Assembly: GCA_016187385.1 (NCBI GenBank)
Contig: JACPJU010000001.1
Span: forward strand, 101,956 to 165,955
Length of the DNA: 64,000 nucleotides
Source of the DNA: Candidatus Aenigmatarchaeota archaeon
GTDB taxonomy: Archaea; Aenigmatarchaeota; Aenigmatarchaeia; CG10238-14; SCSR01
Direction: 5' to 3'
Shown: positions 42,533-51,709 of the stretch, one piece after another
Numbering within the stretch: position 1 is the stretch's first letter
Layout: every line of letters starts with the position of its first letter
Position numbers and translations under genes: made by a program
Notes under the pieces: generated by a model
What the model saw: the letters and a program-made list of their open reading frames with translations, nothing else
Databases searched by the model: none
Told to the model about the DNA's origin: nothing

Positions 42533-43441
42533 TTATGGTAGTGCTTGTGTTTTACTATACCCGTCATTTTCCATAAACAGCGTATAGAACTCTGTCAGAG
42601 TAACGAATTTTACATTTTCCTCTTTTAAATAATTCAGAAAATTGTCAAACTGATTAAAAGTATAATCTCCGGATGTCCTCGTGTAGGTTTCCTGACCTTC
42701 ATATTCGATCGGAACGAATTCCCATGGATGCATTCCTATAACAACAACTTTTATCGGTTTATCTTTTTGGTTTTCTACAACTTTTTGATACCCTTCTACC
42801 CATGAAGAGGTGTAAAACGAGGTAGGATAAAAATAGGCAGGTGTCAAAGAGACTGGTATTCTAAGTATCTTCGAGCTTCCTTCTTTCAACCAATCATCTT
42901 TTGAAGGAAAATAAGGATAATGTGATTGGGGATGCGCAGAAGCTTCAACCAGATACCCATTTTCCTCGAGTATATTGACTAGTTCTGTGCCTGAGGAATG
43001 ATACGGGGCGCGAAAGGATGTGACATCTTTACCTGTGACGTTCTTTATTACTAGCGTTGAATTTCGGATTACTCCAAATTTTTCAGTGAAATTCAGGTTA
43101 TTAAAATTTTCATGATACATGCCATGAGAACCTATCTCGTGCCCTTTTTTGCTTAAACTCTCAATAACTCCAGGGTATCTCAGCGCCACATCTCCGGTGA
43201 CCAAGAAAGTTGCTCTGGCATCATACTTGTCCAACAAAGTTACAATTTTTGGTATGCCTTCTTCGATCCCAACATATGTGTCGAGATAAGGCGGGAGATC
43301 TTGCTCTGTATCGATTGTTAGAATTACGTATACAACATCATTTTTAGAAGTTAAATTCCCCAAAAGAAGACCAGCCACACCGAGGAAAATCACAAAAGTG
43401 ACAACTGTCATTATGAATGTTTGTTTTTTGTTCATTTCCAT
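42533..43441 (-). CDS. membrane-anchored polysaccharide deacetylase (NodB/CE4 domain)
   Basis: VILTIDTEQD (Asp-Asp-like motif 1), ATFLVTGDVA, GHEIGSHGMYHENF (H-x4-H motif 2), SFRAPYH (motif 3). Confidence 0.8.
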   Translation of the reverse strand: MEMNKKQTFIMTVVTFVIFLGVAGLLLGNLTSKNDVVYVILTIDTEQDLPPYLDTYVGIEEGIPKIVTLLDKYDARATFLVTGDVALRYPGVIESLSKKGHEIGSHGMYHENFNNLNFTEKFGVIRNSTLVIKNVTGKDVTSFRAPYHSSGTELVNILEENGYLVEASAHPQSHYPYFPSKDDWLKEGSSKILRIPVSLTPAYFYPTSFYTSSWVEGYQKVVENQKDKPIKVVVIGMHPWEFVPIEYEGQETYTRTSGDYTFNQFDNFLNYLKEENVKFVTLTEFYTLFMENDGYSKTQALP

Positions 43442-43507
43442 AGGATTAAAGATTAAATTGCTAGTTATAAAAACGTTTTTCGAGAGATTTGTCAGGTAGA
43501 ATTAGAA

Positions 43508-43526
43508 TAAGAAGAAAAAGAAGGGG
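43508..43526 (-). terminator. oligo-T tract downstream of the S-layer gene
   Basis: Minus-strand CCCCTTCTTTTTCTTCTT lies about 35-50 nt after the stop at 43560. Archaeal terminators are typically T-runs. Confidence 0.35.
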
Positions 43527-43559
43527 AAAGTAAATTAATCCTTCTTGGTTAGACAGCTC

Positions 43560-45920
43560 TTACTTTGCCATTACTGTCGCTGTTGCCAATGTTTCGCCTG
43601 CAACTTCTACTCTGCTAGCATTGATGCTAGAAAGCTTGGTCGCATAGCTCTGCAACACGCTCGACGCTAGTCTTGTATCTTCAGCTCTCCATCCTGCAAC
43701 GACTACAACTTGCTTGCCTGTCGCGAATTTACCGTCCAATACGTCAATTACTGCTTTGTTTTCTGCGATTGGTAATGATTTGTCTTTAGTCCATTGTGAA
43801 CCGTATGTTGGATACGTTACACCGTAAGCTTCAGCTGTTATTTTATTCACAGCAGAACTACCTACGAGGATCAGGTGTTTAGTTGTCTTGTCTGTTGATG
43901 ATACTTCGTTATCCAACTTGGCTACCGCAGTTGTAACTGCTACGACTTCCTTGACTGTTCCACCAGTTGTGGTTGTTGATGCGCCAATCTTGCCGAACTG
44001 CATGAGTCCGTAGACTGTTTCTGGCGGGATTCCTAGGACTACTTTATCACTGTTGACATTTGACTTGACTGTATATACTAGTACTCCTCCGTCTGTGACC
44101 AGTGTTCCTTCTTGGCCACTTACGTCCTGTCCTGGTGTAGCTTCTATGGTTGCTCTGACGTCATTTGCGTCATCTTTTGCTGTTGTGGTACCTAATCTGA
44201 AACTAGGTGCGCTGCTTGTCGATCCTATTGTTGTGTTCTGGAACGCTATTGTAACTTGAGCTGAACCTGCAGTGACTCCTGACGATATTGTAACATTCTG
44301 GAATACTGTTTGGTTGCTGAAGTTGCCGAACAGGTAGAACGTTGAAGTTGCACCTGGACCGCCGTACGATAGCGTAATGTTTACTGGAGAGTTCGATGAC
44401 GACAGGTTTGCCGGCCATTGAGGCCAATTGGTAGATCCAGCTGTTCTCTGGTCAGCGTTAGTTATTCTGCCTGTTGCCTTATCTTTATATGCCAGATACC
44501 ATCCTGCCTGGGCATTACCCCATGTCGTTGCATCTCCTGTTCCGTTGAACAGAATGTACATCTCGTCGTATCCTGAGCTACCATTAACGATAGTACCTGA
44601 TACGTCGGATGAAACCTTAAGTCCATTCAAGCTACTAGCACCACCACAACAAGTTGTTAGTGATGAGCTGTATCCTGTCGTTGAAGTGTTTGAATAGACT
44701 GTTATGCCTGACACTGGTTCGATTGTAACTTTGGCGAACTTGTCTGGTGTGAAACCAGCATACTTGATCTCGAAGTAATTGTTGGGGCCTTTGAATATTC
44801 CGCCTGCGACGAAGTATCTATCAGCATCTGTCAATGATGCTGGTTGATATTCTACTGTAATCTTGTCACCAGATGTGATTCTACCGTTTGTGTTGAATAA
44901 GCCTGAGATCTTCCAGTTGCTTCCAAACTCTGTTACTGTTGATATGTCAGCACCGTCGAATGTCTTTTCGATGTCACCCTTGCCTGCAAGTACCTGACCA
45001 TAACCAGATACTCCGGAAGCTGTGGCACCTGAGCTAAGCACTCGGTAGTTGTATGTTGATCCTCCGTACGAAACGGATTCTGTGCTACCTGTGTTGATGC
45101 CTGACTTGACGACATTTCCTGATGGGTCTGTGACCTCAATCTTTGCTGTGGTTGAAGAGAATGACTGGACTACCTTAAATGTTAGGTCGCCCGTTTTCAT
45201 TGACTCTCCATCACTCAAAGTCTTGACATCTCCTACCAACGCTATGAATGACGTTGTTGACGGAACTGCTACTATTGAGAACTCTTTACCCATTACCTTT
45301 ACCTTTAATGGGTTGGTATAGGTTGTTGTATTTGCTGATGGAGCACTAAAGTCGGCTGATGCAATTGTGCTATCGAAAACGTATTGGTATTTCAACGCAC
45401 GGTTGTCAACTCTCATCTTTAGGCTACCGTTGATTGGACTTGATACACTGTGTGTTAGTTTGAAGTTAGGATCTGTATCGTTAAGCACAACTTCTTCGTG
45501 ATAGTTCTGCTTTGTTCCTCTGTATTCATACTGTCCTGTCATGAGTCCACTGAAGTGGAAATTCTTCACAGTAATCGGTAGGTTATTCGCAGTAGATCCT
45601 GCTATAGCTCCCCCACCCGATGCTGTTGGAATTGAGATTTTTCTCTCTGTTCCTGTCAATCCTGATGTAGTCGTTCCTGATATTGTAGTATCCTTGTACG
45701 ATAGTTGAGCCAAGTTAGCTGCTATATCGATAGCACCAGCTATGTCGCTGGCGATACCCTTAGCGTCTGTGCCACCTGTACCAACTACAACGTAAAAGTC
45801 TCCTACTTTACCTAGGAATGTTGGATACGTATTTAGAGCTGTTGCACCCAATGCTGGGCTGACTAGCGTCATGGCTGCCATTAAGGCTGTCATGAAGCTT
45901 GCAACAAACTTTTTATACAT
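43560..45920 (-). CDS. S-layer protein candidate
   Basis: Signal peptide MYKKFVASFMTALMAAMTLVSPALGA. 786 aa, T/S/G/V-rich with no Cys-rich or catalytic motifs. C-terminal HLILVGSSAVNKITAEAYG...VVVVAGWRAEDTRLASSVL is typical of euryarchaeal/DPANN S-layer C-domains. Strong SD (GAGGA) and a long leader. Confidence 0.7.
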   Translation of the reverse strand: MYKKFVASFMTALMAAMTLVSPALGATALNTYPTFLGKVGDFYVVVGTGGTDAKGIASDIAGAIDIAANLAQLSYKDTTISGTTTSGLTGTERKISIPTASGGGAIAGSTANNLPITVKNFHFSGLMTGQYEYRGTKQNYHEEVVLNDTDPNFKLTHSVSSPINGSLKMRVDNRALKYQYVFDSTIASADFSAPSANTTTYTNPLKVKVMGKEFSIVAVPSTTSFIALVGDVKTLSDGESMKTGDLTFKVVQSFSSTTAKIEVTDPSGNVVKSGINTGSTESVSYGGSTYNYRVLSSGATASGVSGYGQVLAGKGDIEKTFDGADISTVTEFGSNWKISGLFNTNGRITSGDKITVEYQPASLTDADRYFVAGGIFKGPNNYFEIKYAGFTPDKFAKVTIEPVSGITVYSNTSTTGYSSSLTTCCGGASSLNGLKVSSDVSGTIVNGSSGYDEMYILFNGTGDATTWGNAQAGWYLAYKDKATGRITNADQRTAGSTNWPQWPANLSSSNSPVNITLSYGGPGATSTFYLFGNFSNQTVFQNVTISSGVTAGSAQVTIAFQNTTIGSTSSAPSFRLGTTTAKDDANDVRATIEATPGQDVSGQEGTLVTDGGVLVYTVKSNVNSDKVVLGIPPETVYGLMQFGKIGASTTTTGGTVKEVVAVTTAVAKLDNEVSSTDKTTKHLILVGSSAVNKITAEAYGVTYPTYGSQWTKDKSLPIAENKAVIDVLDGKFATGKQVVVVAGWRAEDTRLASSVLQSYATKLSSINASRVEVAGETLATATVMAK

Positions 45921-46021
45921 TATTTTTCCTCACATTAATTTATTTTTCACCGTTTCTATTCGATTTGAAATCGATAGAGAACAGTGCTTGGGTTTTCTTA
46001 GGATTAATTTAGTTTTCCGGG

Positions 46022-46030
46022 CATATATAG
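46022..46030 (-). promoter_or_regulatory. putative TATA box of the S-layer gene
   Basis: Minus-strand CTATATATG lies about 100 nt upstream of the ATG. The leader contains the near-palindrome CTATCGATTTCAAATCGAATAG. Confidence 0.35.
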
Positions 46031-46159
46031 GTTGCCTGAAACAATTTACAATGAAAATTCCGAGGTAAAAAAAGCACCTAAACAGGTAAGTTCAGCGTGT
46101 TTTAATGTTTCCAATTGTTTCTAAAGGTAAAAGAGAACGTATTTAATAAATTAAAGGCT

Positions 46160-47086
46160 TTAATTTCCTTCAAATTTTTTCTGAATCAATTTCAACTTAT
46201 TCGTCCTTCCGAGCCTTATAACTTCGATTAAACCGCGTTCCTGCAACCTCTTTACGACCCTTGAGACCTTAGCCTTTGACAGATTTGTCTCGTGGACAAC
46301 CCTTCTCTGGTTTATTTCACCATTTGAGCCTTCTATAATCTCAATTACCCTTCGCTCAAAGTCGTCTAAAACCGATAAAATGACTTCTTTAGGCTGTTTC
46401 ATACGCCTGTAAAAGAAAATACCCCCACCAAGCAAAAGTAATGACAATGCCCCAAGGGATGCTATTCCAGGTACGCCAAACACAAACCACCCAGATAACA
46501 AGTTTCGAGTCGGCTCGTATAGGGTTTGGAACTTGAATGGCTGTTCAGCTGTCAAATTAGCGAGGTTCCAGTTCACTATAATCCTCCTGCCATCGCTCAC
46601 TATGCTGTTCGTTGGGGGTGAAATTGATGGTATAGATGAAGTATCTGTTAATGCATATCCTTCAGGCAGCCTTACATTTGCGGATGATTGACTGATATTG
46701 TCGCTAAGTGAAAGATCCAAACTAAAAAGATTTTTTTCATTGACTTTTTTTACAAAGTCTGCTGACTCGAAATTGAGCTCGAGTGTACGCTTATCCTGAG
46801 TCATGTTCATTTTGCAGTCTATTATGCTAGCCGCTCCGGATTCCAGTTTACAATCCACCGGACCGGAATTGCTCGAAGCGTTAAAATTTTTCACGGCTCC
46901 GAAAACAGCCAGTTGGAACCCTTTCACAGGAGACTCAAATGTGATAGTAAGTTTTATTTTGGCATTTCCGCCAGACATCAAGTCAACATCAGCACCATAA
47001 AACTGGATTGCAGCAAAAGCTACTTGTGTAAAAGACAATACTGAAACAATCAGAACCAACACTGAAACAATCTGAAACAGTTTCAC
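46160..47086 (-). CDS. transmembrane one-component regulator: signal peptide, extracytoplasmic domain, TM, cytoplasmic MarR-like wHTH
   Basis: N-terminal signal or TM, a roughly 190-aa ectodomain, TM WFVFGVPGIASLGALSLLLLGGGIFFY, then LDDFERRVIEIIEGSNGEINQRRVVHETNLSKAKVSRVVKRLQERGLIEV (wHTH). Confidence 0.6.
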   Translation of the reverse strand: MKLFQIVSVLVLIVSVLSFTQVAFAAIQFYGADVDLMSGGNAKIKLTITFESPVKGFQLAVFGAVKNFNASSNSGPVDCKLESGAASIIDCKMNMTQDKRTLELNFESADFVKKVNEKNLFSLDLSLSDNISQSSANVRLPEGYALTDTSSIPSISPPTNSIVSDGRRIIVNWNLANLTAEQPFKFQTLYEPTRNLLSGWFVFGVPGIASLGALSLLLLGGGIFFYRRMKQPKEVILSVLDDFERRVIEIIEGSNGEINQRRVVHETNLSKAKVSRVVKRLQERGLIEVIRLGRTNKLKLIQKKFEGN

Positions 47087-47122
47087 ACTTATAAGATGTC
47101 TTTGTGAATTATTTAACCTTTA

Positions 47123-48133
47123 CTATTCGGAAAGGATGTTCAGTCTGACGCTGCAGTTGGCGCACCTGCCATCCGTCACAGTGCTCTTTTTCACGGACAG
47201 GTTCTTCCTTTCCACAGCAATCTCGCGGCAGTTGTAGCAGAAAGTGCTTTCTTCCTGGTGGGGGGGCGTTGAATGTATATAGACATATCTGAGGCCGTCC
47301 CTCCTGCATTCCTCGGCAAAGTGCTCGAGCGTTGAGACTGGCGTAACAGGCAAATCAGGCAACTGTGGCGATGGGTGGAACTGCATAAGATGGAATGGTG
47401 TTTCCGCGCCCAGTTCATGGCTTATCCAACTGGCCAAAATCTTGCACTCTTCCAGACTGTCCCCTATTTGGGGCACGATTGTATTGGTTATCTCGATGAA
47501 AACCCTTTGTTTCTTGAACTGTTTTAAAGCCGCGAATATTGAACCCACTTCCTTTACAGACATATATTTTTCATAAAGAGATTTGTTAAGCGATCCTGTC
47601 AGCTTGATTGTAACGCCGTCAATGACTTTACCTATTTTCTTGATTGGTTCGTCTGTTGTGAAGCCGTTTGTCACAATTGTTGTTTTGACATTTTCCCTCT
47701 GGGCGTTCCTAGCGACCTTGAAGGCGAACTCGATGAAAATGAAAGGCTCTGTATAATTCAGCGTTATTATCTTTGTGTTCCGTTTTTTGGCGGCATCTAC
47801 TATCTGCTCGGGTGTTTGGTATGTGTATTTTACATCCAATGGATTCTCGTGCAGGTTTTTATTCTGTAATTCATACTCGGAACAGAAAGGACTTTTAAAA
47901 TTGCACCCCGCCGAGCCAACGAACAATGAGTTTGAATTCGGGTAGAAATGGAAAAGGTGGCTTTTTTCTATTTTTTCCACGTTCATTGCAGTTACTCTTC
48001 CAAAATTCAGCGCGAACAATCTATTGTCCCTGTTTTCCCTTGTCTGGGAAAAGTCTAATTTGCCTTTTGGCAGGAACTCTTCTCTGGGTGTGATGAAATC
48101 CCTTACACCGTTCCTTTCCTTTTGCCAGAACAT
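47123..48133 (-). CDS. AmmeMemoRadiSam-type radical SAM-like protein with a degenerate CX3CX2C motif
   Basis: Overall colinear with the PflA-like AmmeMemoRadiSam radical SAM family (NYTEPFIFIEF, VTNG, PFHLMQFHP, C-terminal CYNC...CANC). The cluster motif reads GCNFKSPFCSE, so the middle Cys is Ser (AGT). Confidence 0.65.
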   Translation of the reverse strand: MFWQKERNGVRDFITPREEFLPKGKLDFSQTRENRDNRLFALNFGRVTAMNVEKIEKSHLFHFYPNSNSLFVGSAGCNFKSPFCSEYELQNKNLHENPLDVKYTYQTPEQIVDAAKKRNTKIITLNYTEPFIFIEFAFKVARNAQRENVKTTIVTNGFTTDEPIKKIGKVIDGVTIKLTGSLNKSLYEKYMSVKEVGSIFAALKQFKKQRVFIEITNTIVPQIGDSLEECKILASWISHELGAETPFHLMQFHPSPQLPDLPVTPVSTLEHFAEECRRDGLRYVYIHSTPPHQEESTFCYNCREIAVERKNLSVKKSTVTDGRCANCSVRLNILSE

Positions 48134-48219
48134 GGCTTCTTCTAGTTCTTCTTTTAATTTGACCGTTTTACCACCGAAAAAGAATTATATTATATAGTCG
48201 CGAAAAGTAATAAACAAGT

Positions 48220-48304
48220 GCCTCAGTAGCTCAGTCGGTAAGTCTCGATAAAGAGCACTTCACTCGTAATGAAGGGGTCGCGAGTTCGATCCTCGCCTGA
48301 GGCT
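48220..48304 (+). tRNA. tRNA-Thr(CGT) with a roughly 12-nt insertion in the D-loop
   Basis: GCCTCAG TA GCTC AGTCGGTA[AGTCTCGATAAA] GAGC A CTTCA CTCGTAA TGAAG GGGTC GCGAG TTCGATC CTCGC CTGAGGC T. Confidence 0.75.
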
Positions 48305-48318
48305 CATTAATTTAAATC

Positions 48319-48630
48319 TTGAAACCTTATTCGATGTTTATGGAAATAGTTTTACATTTCAAGTCAGAGAATTACGGAAAAGGCAAGGACATCTTGCTTA
48401 GGGATGATGTCGTAGGAAGGGCTAGCTTGACTTTCAAGGAAGGCTCTATTATAGGGGAAAGTGGATATTATTGTTATCTTTCTGGAACTGAAGATCAATG
48501 TAAGAGAGCTTTGGAATTGGTGAAAGACTTGGGTGAAGAGGTGGATGATAAGACTAAATTGCAATTTATAACCAAAGTCAAGGAAGAAGAGGAGAAAGCT
48601 ATCGAAGGTTTTGGTGATATACTAGGTTAA
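48319..48630 (+). CDS. hypothetical protein
   Basis: 103-aa ORF (probable start ATG at 48334). Acidic C-terminus. No family recognised. Confidence 0.4.
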   Translation: MKPYSMFMEIVLHFKSENYGKGKDILLRDDVVGRASLTFKEGSIIGESGYYCYLSGTEDQCKRALELVKDLGEEVDDKTKLQFITKVKEEEEKAIEGFGDILG

Positions 48631-48665
48631 TGTTTTTATTCTTCTGTTGACTATTCTTTCATTAG

Positions 48666-48739
48666 GCGCCGATAGTCTAGCCTGGTTAAGACGTAAGCTT
48701 GCCAAGTTTAAGTCACGGGTTCAAATCCCGTTCGGCGCA
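48666..48739 (+). tRNA. tRNA-Gly(GCC), uninterrupted
   Basis: GCGCCGA TA GTCT AGCCTGGTTA AGAC G TAAGC TTGCCAA GTTTA AGTC ACGGG TTCAAAT CCCGT TCGGCGC A. Confidence 0.9.
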
Positions 48740-48794
48740 TTCCTACAAAAACAAAAACTTATATGCTAGCCAAAAGAAATTAAATTAGATACTA

Positions 48795-49280
48795 ATGCCT
48801 CTTTTCGGAAGGAAGAAACAGGAAGAACCTAAGATGCCTGCCGAGTTGCCGCCGTTATCTGTACTTGATCAAATTCCTATGATGCCACAACCAGAGCCAA
48901 AAGCCATGCCGCCTGTAATGAAAAGAGAACCTGAGAAGGCAACTTATGCACCTTTGTTTGTCAAGATTGATAGATACAGGCAGACTCTCACTACGATAGG
49001 AAACCTGAAAACTTCTTTGATGATTATCAGAAATTCGATGGGTACATTGAACCAAATAGAAAGAGTTCGCGATGACACGTTTGGCATAATAAACGACCTC
49101 ATCGAAAAAATGAGCGACAAATTGATGACTTTGGATAATGATCTTTTGAGGCCTGCCGGTTTTCCTGAAAGCAGTGAAATATCGCCCGAATATAATGATG
49201 TGAGATCTATAGAAGCCACTGTTGCTGATCTTAGAGGACAGATAGACCAGTTGAAGACTGAACTCGAAAAGATGGCTTAA
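48795..49280 (+). CDS. hypothetical protein with a Pro-rich N-terminus and C-terminal coiled coil
   Basis: 161-aa ORF. PLFVKIDRYRQTL core then a helical region. No confident family. Confidence 0.45.
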   Translation: MPLFGRKKQEEPKMPAELPPLSVLDQIPMMPQPEPKAMPPVMKREPEKATYAPLFVKIDRYRQTLTTIGNLKTSLMIIRNSMGTLNQIERVRDDTFGIINDLIEKMSDKLMTLDNDLLRPAGFPESSEISPEYNDVRSIEATVADLRGQIDQLKTELEKMA

Positions 49281-49330
49281 GTTCTTAGCTAGAGAAGATT
49301 TTTAAACTTGTTTTAGATATTATCTACTAC

Positions 49331-49448
49331 GCAGGGGTCGCATAGCTTGGTCAATTGCGTGGCGCTCAAGTTATTGAGCTTTGATAAAAGATGATTTAAG
49401 AAACGCCATGGCTTAGTGCCTTCGAGAGTTCGAATCTCTCCCCCTGCA
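49331..49448 (+). tRNA. tRNA-Leu(CAA) with a 32-nt intron at the canonical 37/38 position
   Basis: GCAGGGG...TGGCG CTCAAG[TTATTGAGC...32 nt]A CGCCA, long variable arm TGGCTTAGTGCCTTC, GAGAG TTCGAAT CTCTC CCCCTGC A. The intron start TTATTGAG is complementary to the anticodon loop, as in BHB substrates. Confidence 0.8.
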
Positions 49449-49451
49449 TTC

Positions 49452-49982
49452 ATGATACCGAAAATAATTTCAGAGGAAGTAAAATACAAAGGCCAATGGT
49501 TTGATGTAGTTGCCCAGAACCTGGATTTGGGCAATGGAAAGACCGACATATGGGAATCTTTGAAGATGGGTCAAGGAGTGGCTACAGTCGCTTTGGATGA
49601 TGACAACAATGTCTGCATAGGGAGGGAATACAAGGTTGTTCACAGAGATTTCATATACACGATCGCTGCAGGCGGCATAAATACTGATTCAGAGAAAGTT
49701 TTAAAAGATCAGGCAATAAGAGAACTCAGGGAAGAATTTGGATTTAATGCAAGGAGGATTGAAAAGATAGCGACTGTGATGAATGACGGCAGGAGCTCGT
49801 TAAGATGGCATATTTATCTTGCAAGAGACATCTATCATGACCCGCTTGAAAAAGACCCGGGAGAGGTTATAGAAACTTTGAAAGTCCCTATTGATGAGGC
49901 GATAAAACTGATGTTAACAAACAAAACTCATTCCATCGCGCTGTTGGGTATTTTGCTTGTTAAAGAGAAATTGAAATTGTGA
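49452..49982 (+). CDS. NUDIX hydrolase (ADP-ribose pyrophosphatase-like)
   Basis: Nudix box GGINTDSEKVLKDQAIRELREEFGF. The start is taken at the first ATG after the tRNA; the tracked ORF start at 49416 lies inside tRNA-Leu. Confidence 0.75.
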   Translation: MIPKIISEEVKYKGQWFDVVAQNLDLGNGKTDIWESLKMGQGVATVALDDDNNVCIGREYKVVHRDFIYTIAAGGINTDSEKVLKDQAIRELREEFGFNARRIEKIATVMNDGRSSLRWHIYLARDIYHDPLEKDPGEVIETLKVPIDEAIKLMLTNKTHSIALLGILLVKEKLKL

Positions 49983-49986
49983 TTGT

Positions 49987-50409
49987 ATGACAGACGAAAA
50001 AGGGCTGCAGGAAAAAATGATTGTGTACAGGACGTTGGAATCGCGATTGGAAGCGTTGATGAAGCAGAGAGAATTCATAAACAGCAAACTCATGGAAATT
50101 ATTTCTACGATTGTCAGCATCGATGAAATAGAGAAAAATAAGGACGGTGCTTTGTTTAGACTCGGCGGGGAGGCGTATGTCGAGGGAAAGATGAACAACA
50201 AAAAGAACATACTGGTTGAAATCGGTGCTGGCGTTATTCTTGAGAAATCAATAAAGGAAAGCAAGGAAATTTTGAACGAAAGAAAGATCGAACTTGAAAA
50301 TACGTTCAAAGAACTTCAGAACAACATAACGCAACTTTCCACAGTTTTGAATCAGCTGGGTCCTGAGATCAATGAACTGATTCAAGAATCGCAAAAATCT
50401 TCTGGTTGA
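49987..50409 (+). CDS. pfdA: prefoldin subunit alpha
   Basis: Coiled-coil, beta hairpins (ALFRLGGEAYVEGKM...ILVEIGAGVILEKSIKES), coiled-coil. Located upstream of ftsY as in many archaea. Confidence 0.8.
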   Translation: MTDEKGLQEKMIVYRTLESRLEALMKQREFINSKLMEIISTIVSIDEIEKNKDGALFRLGGEAYVEGKMNNKKNILVEIGAGVILEKSIKESKEILNERKIELENTFKELQNNITQLSTVLNQLGPEINELIQESQKSSG

Positions 50410-50413
50410 TGAA

Positions 50414-51709
50414 ATGTTTGGTTTTCTAAAAAAGAAATTCTCAAATGTAATCGAATCTCTGACGAAAAAGAAGGAAGAGGAGGAGAAGTTCGAAGAGGAG
50501 ATTGAGAAACCTATAGAAAAGATTGAAGAAGTAAAAGAAAAAGTTGAAGACAAGGTTGAAAAAATAGAAGAGGGGCTTGACAAAGAATCCGAAAAAATTG
50601 TTGAAGAAATATCTGAAGAAAAACCAGAAATCAAAGAAGTTAAACAAGAAATAGAAAAAACAGAAACGCTTGTAAAAGAAGAAACCGAATTGGAAGAATC
50701 TGTTAAAGCTCCTGAAGTGGAGAAAAAAATCGAGAAAGATCTGAAAGAAATCGAAGAAGAAAAATTACCTGAAACCAAAATCAAAGAAGAGGAAATAGAA
50801 AAGATTAAAACAATTGAGGAAAGTCCGGTCGAGAGCACGTCGCTGTTCAAAAAGATAATAAAAAAAATCACAGAGAAAAAACTTTCTGAAGATGACGTAG
50901 AACCGGTTTTGAAAGATTTGGAAACCGGCTTGATTGAGGGCGATGTTGCATACGTTGTTGCCGAGAAGATAAAAAATGATTTGAAACGCAGCATTTTGGA
51001 TTCTGAGGTTAAAAGGGGCGAAGTTAAAAATTTCGTAGTTTCTCAACTCAAGAACAGCTTGATGCAGATACTGAATGTACCGACTGTAGATCTGACTGAA
51101 AGTGTAAAGAACAAAAAACCTTACGTGGTTCTGTTTATCGGCTTCAATGGTTCTGGCAAAACTACAACCTTGGCGAAAATAGGACACTGGCTAGTGAACA
51201 AAAATTATTCATGTGTGTTTGCTGCAGGGGACACATTCCGACTGGCATCGATCGAACAGCTGGAGGAACATGCAAACAGGATAAATGTAAACGTTATCAA
51301 GCACGATTATGGGGCAGATCCGGCAGCTGTTATTTATGATGCTGTAGAACATGCAAAATCAAAGGGGATACATTTCGTACTGGCTGACACAGCCGGCAGA
51401 GTGCATATAAAAAAGGACCTCATTGACGAAATGAAAAAAATAATCAGAGTCAACAAACCCGATTTGAAAGTATTGGTAATAGACTCTATGACGGGAAATG
51501 ATGCTGTCCTGCAGGCTAGGATGTTCAATGAAGTCGGAGTGGATGCTGTTGTCTTCACCAAGGTTGATGTGAATGAAAAGGGTGGTGCCATATTGTCTGT
51601 CACGCACGAATTGAAGAAGCCTGTTTTGTTTTTATGCAACGGTCAAGAATATGAAAATATAATACAGTTCAACGCGAAAGATTTTGTTGACAACATAGTT
51701 GGTGAGTGA
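50414..51709 (+). CDS. ftsY: signal recognition particle receptor FtsY
   Basis: E/K-rich acidic N-terminal region, then an NG domain with GFNGSGKTTTLAKIG, DTAGR, TKVDV. Confidence 0.9.
   Translation: MFGFLKKKFSNVIESLTKKKEEEEKFEEEIEKPIEKIEEVKEKVEDKVEKIEEGLDKESEKIVEEISEEKPEIKEVKQEIEKTETLVKEETELEESVKAPEVEKKIEKDLKEIEEEKLPETKIKEEEIEKIKTIEESPVESTSLFKKIIKKITEKKLSEDDVEPVLKDLETGLIEGDVAYVVAEKIKNDLKRSILDSEVKRGEVKNFVVSQLKNSLMQILNVPTVDLTESVKNKKPYVVLFIGFNGSGKTTTLAKIGHWLVNKNYSCVFAAGDTFRLASIEQLEEHANRINVNVIKHDYGADPAAVIYDAVEHAKSKGIHFVLADTAGRVHIKKDLIDEMKKIIRVNKPDLKVLVIDSMTGNDAVLQARMFNEVGVDAVVFTKVDVNEKGGAILSVTHELKKPVLFLCNGQEYENIIQFNAKDFVDNIVGE

Noticed and set aside
50248-50994. 248-aa minus-strand ORF opposite the ftsY N-terminal region.
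   Set aside because: It is antisense to the E/K-rich repeat of FtsY, and the S/F-rich product is a compositional artefact.
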